From: Octopus vulgaris
Lineage: Eukaryota
Direction: 5' to 3'
Assembly (NCBI GenBank): GCA_951406725.2
Contig: OX597822.1
Coordinates: 47,306,001-47,370,000, forward strand
Length of the DNA stretch: 64,000 bases
In this document: in pieces, positions 55,422 through 64,000 of the stretch
Numbering within the stretch: the first letter of the stretch is position 1
Layout: each line of letters begins with the position of its first letter
Notes under the pieces: generated by a model
What the model saw: only the letters and a program-made list of their open reading frames with translations
What the model was told of the DNA's origin: nothing
Databases searched by the model: none
Position numbers and translations under genes: made by a program

Positions 55422-56541
55422 TACACACACACACACACTTTTCCATGCGTCCTTTTTATAATACCAGAGAAAGGTGCTAATGCGTTGGCGAAATGTAATG
55501 AACCTGTTATCTATTAGCTCAGGTTCACACGATGCAGGTGTGGAATATCTAGTGGGGGGGGGGGGTGTGAACATTATTCACTGACTTTGTACCCAACCCC
55601 CTGGTGTGGTTATGAGGTACTTTTCAACAGTTAGGGGCCAATCGGGTTGGCTCTCATAGAGTACAATTACATAAGTCAAGGTAACAATGAGTGTAGAGGG
55701 ATTAGTGGCTGGTGGTGGTGGTGGTGGTGGTGGTTGTGATGATGATGGTGATGGTAATGATGGTGGTGATGATGATGGTATTGGTGATGTTGTTGGCGAC
55801 GGTATTGGGGACATGCGGTGGTAGTGATGGCTTTTGTATAAAAATTATGTATGTATGTGTGTGTTTGTGTATGTATGTATGTATGTATGTATGTATGTAT
55901 GTATGTATGTATGTATGTATGTATGCATTCTTGTATGTGTGCATGTGTGTATACATGTATATATCTTTTTATCCTCAGCCATTAGACTGCGGCCATGTTG
56001 GGGCACCGCCTTGACGAATTTTTAGTGGATTGAATCGACCCCAGGACTTGTTGTTTTTAAAGCTTGATACTGTTCTATCGGCCACTTATGCCGAACTGCT
56101 AGGTTACGGGGATGTTAACATACCAACACCGGTTGTCAAATGGTGGGTGGGGAACAAACACACACAAACACATAAACGTACACACACGCATACATACATA
56201 ATTACACACACACACAAATGTATACGACCGGCTTCTTCCAGTTTCCGTCAGCCAAATTCACTTACAAGGCTTCGGTCAACCCGAGGCTGTACTAGAAGAC
56301 AAATGCCCAAGTTTCCACGCAGTGGTACCGAACCTAGAATCGTGTTGGTTGGGAAGCAAGCTTCTAACCAAAGAGCCAAGTTGGTAAGAAACTTGAAAAA
56401 AAAAATAAGATCCTAACAAATATTCAAACAGATCATCATACAAAAGTGCTGCGAACAGAAATAGGTTGTCCCCTAAATAACGAAGCAAACTTTTACAACG
56501 GGGCAGTAAGGGATTTACGATTACAGAACACTATTCTACAG

Positions 56542-57184
56542 CAGTGCTACTCAAAGAGGTGATCCGCAGACCGGTGCCGGTCCACGAGCCATCAGCTGCC
56601 GGTACTAACATTATAAAATGCTTATGTAATATTGTATTATTTGTTTACAAAATAAATATAAGATAAAAATAAATTGTCAACTTTTATTATATTCATTATT
56701 TACATTATTTACATTTGACGGGTATTTATCCCCATCTTGTTTGTTGTTAACACATTTCGACTGATATACCCTACAGCCTTCATCAGGGATCTTTGGGAAA
56801 TTTTGAATGAGAACCCAGGTTCGAAAGTTCCCCCAAGACACCTGATGAAGGCTGGAGGGTATTTCAGCCGAAACGATGTGTTAACAACAAACAAGATGAG
56901 GATAAATACCCGTCGAATGTAAATAATGTAAATAATGTACATAATTCCTCATCTCTTAAATATGGAACTGTTTTATTATATTCATTATATATATTGTTTC
57001 CGGTATAAACTAATGTTACATAGGCGCAGGCGTGGCTAAGTGGTAAGTAGCTTGCTTACCAACCACATGGTCCGGGGTTCAATCCCACTGTGTGGTACCT
57101 TGGGCAAGTGTCTTTTGCTATAACCTCGGGACGACCAAAGCCTTGTGAGTGGATTTGGCAGACGGAAATTGAAAGAAGCCCGTC

Positions 57185-57250
<66 letters not shown>

Positions 57251-57490
57251 ATATATATACGTACATGTGTGTGTGTGTATGTCTGTCTGTGCTTGTCCCC
57301 CACCATCGCATGACGACCGATGTTGGTGTGTTTACGTCCCCGTAAGTTAGCGGTTTGGCAAAAGAGACCTATAGAATAAGTACTAGGCTTTCAAAGAACG
57401 AGTCCGGCATGGCCGCAGTCAAATGGCTGAAACAAATAAAGAATAAAATATTACCAGTTCCTGGCACATCAGATAGTTTGAGAAGCACTG
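56542..57490. mobile_element. hAT-like MITE containing two nested insertions
   Basis: TIRs CAGTGCTACTCAAA and TTTGAGAAGCACTG; 8-bp TSD TTCTACAG / TTCTACAT. Confidence 0.8.
56700..56970 (+). mobile_element. Hairpin-shaped Penelope pLTR insertion with a hammerhead motif and an 18-bp TSD
   Basis: About 100-bp inverted arms. The right arm carries GACAC-CTGATGA-A-GGCTGGA-N-TTCAGCC-GAAA-CGAT-GTGTT. TTTTATTATATTCATTAT is duplicated at 56682-56699 and 56971-56988. Confidence 0.85.
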
Positions 57491-57912
57491 TTCTACATTA
57501 CATTTATTGTACAAGTACTAATGTCAACTTTTGAGATGAGTATGAGACGTTTTGGCTCAGCCATTATGGCACCGCTTATTTGGCGTCACTGATTCGACAC
57601 TGACTTATTTGACATCTGATTTTTAAGGTTTCTTTCCTTCTCCTCTCCTCCTCTGTTTGTGCGTGCGTGTGAGCATACTTCTCGTGTATGTGGAAAGGGA
57701 AAGCGTTTGCCACAGATAAAAATTCCACAAGTGACAAAATAGGTAAAGATGGCACATGCATAATGCATAAACATGTACATACATCTTTAGGTTTGTATTC
57801 ATTTGGTAAATGCAATTCTCTATGCGCCCGTACATGCGTGTGCATATATATATATATATATATATATTTGTTTTGCGAGATTTTTTATGTGAAATCGTGT
57901 GTTGAAACAGAT

Positions 57913-58534
57913 ATTTTGCCAGTTTAGCCAATAAAAACACACGCACTATATATTTGGTGTTACTTTGCTTCAGTGTTATTTATATTTTACATTAATCTTA
58001 ATCTTATTTCGGCCAGAGTTCTTTCGTCACACTCCTGTGACCTCATGTACGGATAGGAACTGTACTGTGTGTAGATTTAGCCCACAAACAAACTGTAAAG
58101 CCAGAAATGTAGTCTACAGTATAAGATGTATAGAGGGACGATGCAGTAACAAGACAACGACATACATAGGGGGAAACGGCACGGAGCATAGGAGAGCGGG
58201 TAAATGAGCATTGGAGAGAAATTAAGGAAGGAAAGAGTTCATCGGTTCTGTACCAACACGCCGAGTAGGAACACGGGGGATCAATCAACAACATAGAAAT
58301 TAAAATCTTGTCCACACATAGAACAGACGCAACAATCAGGCAAATTACGGAAGCTACACACATAATAGAAGATAAACCTAGCCTGAATAGGAATCTGGAA
58401 TGGAACACTAGCACACACCACAGCATATGACAGAAGAAGATCCCCATAAACTGGTTACAATATAAACAAAACTGAAAACATAATAAAATAAAATACACAG
58501 ATAAATAAACAAATAGAAGTAAATAACTATATAC

Positions 58535-58585
<51 letters not shown>

Positions 58586-58632
58586 CATCATCATCATTAT
58601 TATTATTATTATTATTATCATTATTATTATTA

Positions 58633-58702
<70 letters not shown>

Positions 58703-58784
58703 CATCATCATTATCATCATTATTATTATTATTATTATACATACATACATAATAATAATGATGATGATGATGATGATGATGATG

Positions 58785-58852
<68 letters not shown>

Positions 58853-59242
58853 GTAGGTGTAAACACATGAACAAAATAAAAATAAACAAAAGCAAAAACA
58901 AATTACACGAACGTATATAAACTGGAGATACAAATATTACAGACACTCCCCCCCACACACTAACTAAACATAGACGCACATAGAGGTATACGCATGCGCA
59001 AATGAAGACACATACAATAGAAAAAAAATCAAAATGGCTGACCGTTAGTAAGGAGAGACACACAAATAAGAAAGAAGAAAGCAAAGGATCACTGATGAGG
59101 TCACAGGAGTGTGACGAAAGAACTCTGGCCGAAATAAGATTAAGATTAATGTAAAAAATAAATAACGCTGAAGCAAAGTAACACCAAATATATAGTGCGT
59201 GTGTTTTTATTGGCTAAACTGGCAAAATGACCATTCCTTAAT

Positions 59243-59250
<8 letters not shown>
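57913..59250 (+). mobile_element. 5'-truncated Penelope-like element with an inverted pLTR, a GIY-YIG remnant and a hammerhead
   Basis: 134-bp inverted arms at 57913-58046 and 59095-59228. The internal frame reads CKARNVVYSIRC...YIG/ETARSIGERVNEH...SVLYQHA...IKIL...RQITEATHIIEDKPSLN (one frameshift, one stop). An (ATT)n/(AAT)n tract lies inside. Confidence 0.92.
59086..59130 (+). ncRNA. Minimal type-I hammerhead ribozyme in a Penelope pLTR
   Basis: GGATCA-CTGATGA-G-GTCAC-AGGAGT-GTGAC-GAAA-GAAC-TC-TGGCC: all core nucleotides present, predicted cleavage after CUC at 59125, weak stem I. Confidence 0.8.
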
Positions 59251-59315
<65 letters not shown>

Positions 59316-59386
59316 CACACACGCACACATATTCACACTGAGGAAGAGAGAGAGAGAGTGTGTGTGTGTATATACATATGTGTGTA

Positions 59387-59435
<49 letters not shown>

Positions 59436-59588
59436 ATGTGTGTGTGTGCATGTGTGTGTATGTATAGTATTATATAACACTATACATACATACATATATC
59501 TAGGTATCTGAATGTAGGTTTGTGTACGCTTATTTGTAAGTGTGTATTTATATATATATATATATAACAAATCTCAGCGATATATATA

Positions 59589-60281
59589 CAGGGGTTGGAC
59601 AAATTAATGGAAACACCTTAAAATTTCAAACAAACAAATTTATTTTAATATGGGTATAGGGTAGGACCGCCTTTGGCAGTAATTACAGTTTGAATTCTAA
59701 GAGGTATGGACTTGTACTAAGTTTGAATTGTTTCCAAAGGAATTTTTGTCCATTCATCGGGTAAAACAGTCTCCAGTTCTTGTGGAGGATATTGACTCCT
59801 TGTTTTTCTAAAATGCACCGTAAATGTTCAATAATATTGAGATCTGGAGACTGTAGTGGCCAGATAAGATGTTCAACTTTACTAGAATGTTCCTCGTGCC
59901 ATTCAGTAAATGGTCCCTATCTGAAAGTTTTGGTTTTCTTCCGAGGTTTTGCTTCGACGAAGAGGTTTTTGCCTCTTTCTCAAAGGCTGTAATTACTTTC
60001 GAGACAGTACTTCTTGATATACCAAACATTTCAGCTGTTTTCTTTACGCTAGCGCCTGCCATACGAGCACCAACAATTTAACCTCTTTGGAAGTCCGATA
60101 GATCTGTTATCTTAATGAATTTTAATAAACTTTTTCTGATGATATCTGAAAAGAAAAAAAAAGCAATTTTAGCAAAACATATTAAGCAACACTAATAATA
60201 AATCAAAAGACAAAAAAAAAACAAGCTTTTGACGGTTTTATAGATATTTCAAAATTATGATGCTATGATGCTAGGTGTTTC
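59589..60281 (-). mobile_element. Internally deleted Tc1-family element
   Basis: TIR CAGGGGTTGGACAAATTAATGGAAACACCT after TA. The minus-strand HTH (MAGASVKKTAEMFGISRSTVSKV...GRKPKLSDRD) is joined to WPLQSPDLNIIEHL. Confidence 0.88.
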
Positions 60282-60820
60282 AGTCATTTTACTGCAGCGG
60301 CCATGCTGGAGCATTGCCATTGATCCCAGGACTTATTCTATCAGTCTCTTATACTGAATCGCTAGGTCACGGGGATTTAAACACACCATCGTCAAGCGAT
60401 GGTGGCGGGGGAAACACACACACACACACACACACATTATATTATATCATTATGTTTACTGGGGTATGGGTACATACCTACGTGCACACACACACGTTGT
60501 GTTCGGAAATAGCAGGAGTCATCCCCCTTGAACCTCAAATTAAGGGCACCAATAAAAAAAAAAAAAAAAAAAGAATCGATTTGCTTTTTAAAAATCAGAA
60601 GTTCCCTGGCTTGTTATTTTTTCCTTTCTCTCTTGTATTGTATCAATCATAATATTGATTAACGAATATTATTATCCTGGCATGTGAAAAGACTATTTTC
60701 CCGATAATCCTTTCCTATGCAACGGGAACAGCTTCTATACGCATATTTCTCACGATCGACCCACGTCCTCGCTGGCATGCAGAGGGATCTCACTGGAATA
60801 TCTAATCGGCATCCGGTATT

Positions 60821-60855
<35 letters not shown>

Positions 60856-61134
60856 ACGCGCGTGTGTATAGACACACACACACATATATAGGGAGAGAGA
60901 TACATACATATATGCATGCATCCATACATACATATATACATACATGCATCCATACGCACGCACACACACACACACACACACGCACACATACATACACCCA
61001 CACACGTGTGTGTGTGTGCATGCGTGCGCGCGCATGTACATGCACCATGTCGTCGTTCTTCCTCAAAATACGCTGCCATCTCTCGAAAGCAGCAAAGGGT
61101 GAAATTCCAATTACTCAAGCTCCCTTATTTCTTA

Positions 61135-61547
61135 TTTCTTTATTGCTCACAAGGGGCTAAACACAGAGGGGACAAACAAGGATAGACAAAGGGATTAAGT
61201 CGATTACATCGACCCCAGTGCGTAACTGGTACTTAATTTATCGACCTCGAAAGGATGAAAGGCAAAGTCGACCTCGGCGGAATTTGAACTCAGAACGTAG
61301 CGGCAGACGGAATACCTATTTCTTTATTAACCACAAGGGGCTAAACATAGAGGGGACAAATAACGACAGGCATAGGAATTAAGTCGATTACATCGACTCC
61401 AGTGCGTAACTGGTACTTAATTTATCGACCCCTAAAGGATGAAAGGCAAAGTCGATCTCGGCGGAATTTGAACTCAGAACGTAACGGCACACGAAATACC
61501 GCTAAGCATTTCGCCTGGCGTGCTAACGATTCTGCCAGTTCGTCGCC
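61135..61547 (-). mobile_element. SINE with an internal tandem duplication (same family as 39143-39560)
   Basis: Reverse complement of the same two-unit structure, flanked by CCTTATTTCT-like repeats. Confidence 0.85.
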
Positions 61548-62661
61548 TTATTTCTGTCACGCTACCTTATTTCTGTCACTGATCTGTCTGTCTGTCTGTC
61601 TCTCTTTTATTCACCCTTTATACTCTTCTCTTTCTACCGACCATATGTCTTTATTTCGTTTTATTTATTTACTTATTTATTTATTCATTCATTCATTTAT
61701 TCTATAATTCGCCTAAATTAATACTTATTAATCGCTGGCAAGGACACAATAATTCGTTTTACAACCATAATATACTACCAAGAGTATTACCAGTTTACAA
61801 GTCAATACTGTAATTTATCCTGTGTTAGCAGTGCGATAGTCTCACTTTTAAGTCGATCTCCTTAGATTTTCTATTGAATTCAGAGCTAGCACCATCGTAG
61901 CTTACAGCGTTGGCTCTGAATTCTATAGAAAATCTATAAAAATAAACCTAAAAGTGTAAATCAATACCAGACTGGTCAACCTATCTCTCTTTGGAAATCA
62001 GTTCTTTCTTAGTACTCATATCTTACTTCGACGCCAACTTCTTTGACCAACTTAGTTTATTATTGTGATTATTTGACTTCGTTTTTCCCCTGATTTTCTT
62101 TTTACTTTACTGCATTTATCTACTGTTTCTTCCTCTGAATTTGTGCTGTTCTGTAATCATTGCTCCCTTAAAGTAAATCATAAATGGCAACATGCTGAGT
62201 ACATCTGTTGCCTGTGGATATATAGGGAGTCAGCCACCTCTCAGTAGTAGTCCTGATGTCTTCAACTGTGCCTTTTTATGTATGTACACACACGCATATA
62301 TGTTTATTTATATATATTTGTATATGTATATTTATATGTGAGTTACTATTGATGCAATATCTGTTACATAACTAACAAGTTTATGGAACAGCTGTAAACG
62401 AATGGAACAAACATTTACCCTCTCACCTCACTTCTTATCTCTTCTTATATACACATATATACGTACACACACACACACACATTGGTACTCACCAACGCTG
62501 ACTTGATGAAAGTATTGTGAAATGACGAGCTTTACTCAAGGTCAAAACTCGTTGCATGACCTTAAAGTTAAATTCATGACCTAATGATTATAAGTAGAAC
62601 AGTCTAACCACACAGCTATATACATGTGTGTCTGTGTGTGTGAGTATACATATATTTATAT

Positions 62662-62900
62662 GTATAAGCTAAATAAAATGAAATAACAAAGCCAAGGACA
62701 TTTATAGGAGATTTACAAAGAGAAAAGTTGTCTTACAGCTGTTTCAGAGATATAAAGGATATCCCATCATCAGAGATGATATGAGAGAGTTAAGTAGAAG
62801 GAAATAGTAGAGTTCAATATATCCTTGAAACAGCTGTATATAAATGTCCTAGAAATTTTACACTGCCTTGGTTTTGTTGTCTCATTTTATATAGCATATA
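62662..62900. mobile_element. Diverged inverted repeat with a minus-strand hammerhead-like motif at 62729-62777
   Basis: Minus strand TCT-CTGATGA-T-GGGATAT-CCTTT-ATATCTC-T-GAAA-CAGCTG-TA-AGA, with a partial mirror GAAACAGCTGTA at about 62827. The outer arms (AAAATGAAATAACAAAGCCAAGG / CCTTGGTTTTGTTGTCTCATTTT) are inverted. Confidence 0.7.
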
Positions 62901-64000
62901 CACGCTTCAACGCCAAACACGATGCGTGCTCTAAGGATGGAAGGTGTTGGAGTCGCGAGAGAGGCCCGGGTGGCGGAGGCGCAGCAGGGCAACAAAGCCA
63001 CCATTGGGTCTCTGGTAGACGAACAAGGGCGCGAATTGCTCGATCCCAGCAAGATGTACGAGGCATTTCAGCGGCACTTTGCCCGACTGTACGGGACGAG
63101 TGGCGAGCGTGAACGTGGACTTCAGTGCCTACCTGCACAGCCTGCCACAAATCTTGGCAAGAGAGGCAGAGTGCTGCGAAGGTGCCATCACGGCGGCGGA
63201 TGTGCTGGACGCAATGGCAGAATGCTCGAGAGACAAATCGCCGGGTTTGGATGGTCTGCCCTCCGAGTTTTACAATTGTATGCCAGACTTGTTTGGAGAC
63301 GTCTTGGCAGCGGTATACTGCAACTGGCAGCAAAACGGTAGCATACCCGGTTTTGTGAGTCGAGGAGCCGTGACGCTGCTGAAGAAAGATCCAAACAAGG
63401 GGGACATTATAGACAACTTTAGGCCCATCACTCTGCTCAATGCAGACCTGAAAATTTTGACAAAGGTGTTAGCCAAGAGGTTGGCGCTTGTCATCGAGAA
63501 ACTGGTCGACAAGGCGCAAACGTGTGCCGTGCCGGGCCGGAGCATCCATGACAACCTCCATCTGATGCGCTACATCATAGACAGAGTAGTTAAGGAACCT
63601 GGCATGGGTGGGGCCCTGATCAATTTGGATCAATCGAAAGCTTTCGATAGGGTAGACCATCGATACTTTGAGGCAGTCCTGAGAGCGGCTGGTTTCGGTC
63701 CCGTCTTCCGCGGCTGGATAGCTGCCTTGTACAGAGGTATCCGTTCGGTAATTCGCGTAAATGGACATCTATCGAGACCTTTCGACATTGCACGTTCGGT
63801 CCGTCAGGGATGCCCCCTCTCGTCACTTCTATACGTATTGACTCTCGAGCCACTACTGCGGAAGCTGGCGATTCTGAGGGGCATCCCGCGAGAATTGGGA
63901 TGCGGGACGAGCGTGTCTGCATACGTGGACGACGTCACCGTTATAGTGTCAAGCCACGAGCACATCGAACTGGTCGGCGAGACACTGAAAGACTACGAAG
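62901..64000 (+). mobile_element. 5'-truncated L1/Tx1-clade LINE ORF2 (reverse transcriptase), running off the window
   Basis: After a frameshift near 63105 the frame is open to the window end: KSPGLDGLPSEFY...NFRPITLLNADLKILTKVLAKRL...LDQSKAFDRVDH...SVRQGCPLS...AYVDDVT. Confidence 0.93.

Noticed and set aside
58043-59084. 296-aa and 185-aa minus-strand ORFs
   Set aside because: They are antisense to the Penelope remnant and inflated by (ATT)n/(AAT)n repeats.

Overview
Eukaryotic genomic DNA that is AT-rich and dense in microsatellites and SINEs. The repeat landscape suggests a cephalopod, probably Octopus (inference). The only host gene I can support is the 3' part of a TFAP4/AP-4 (cropped-like) bHLH-ZIP transcription factor on the + strand: three phase-compatible exons at 10596-10776, 11548-11738 and 15213-16721. 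The exon with the basic region/helix 1 was not found and probably lies upstream of the window. The rest is mostly transposon debris: tRNA-derived SINEs, hAT and MULE/Merlin-like MITEs, Tc1/mariner fossils, Helitron-like elements, CR1-like and Tx1-like LINE fragments, and two Penelope-like (GIY-YIG) remnants. The most striking non-coding signal is about ten minimal type-I hammerhead-ribozyme-like motifs, often inside tail-to-tail inverted repeats next to (TA)n tracts; one has a compensatory G3-C8 core. Also notable are a 28S rRNA fragment fused to a SINE body and a 41-bp intronic minisatellite that repeats a forkhead motif. No prokaryotic system or CRISPR array is present. All calls were made by eye, and boundaries of degenerate repeats are approximate.
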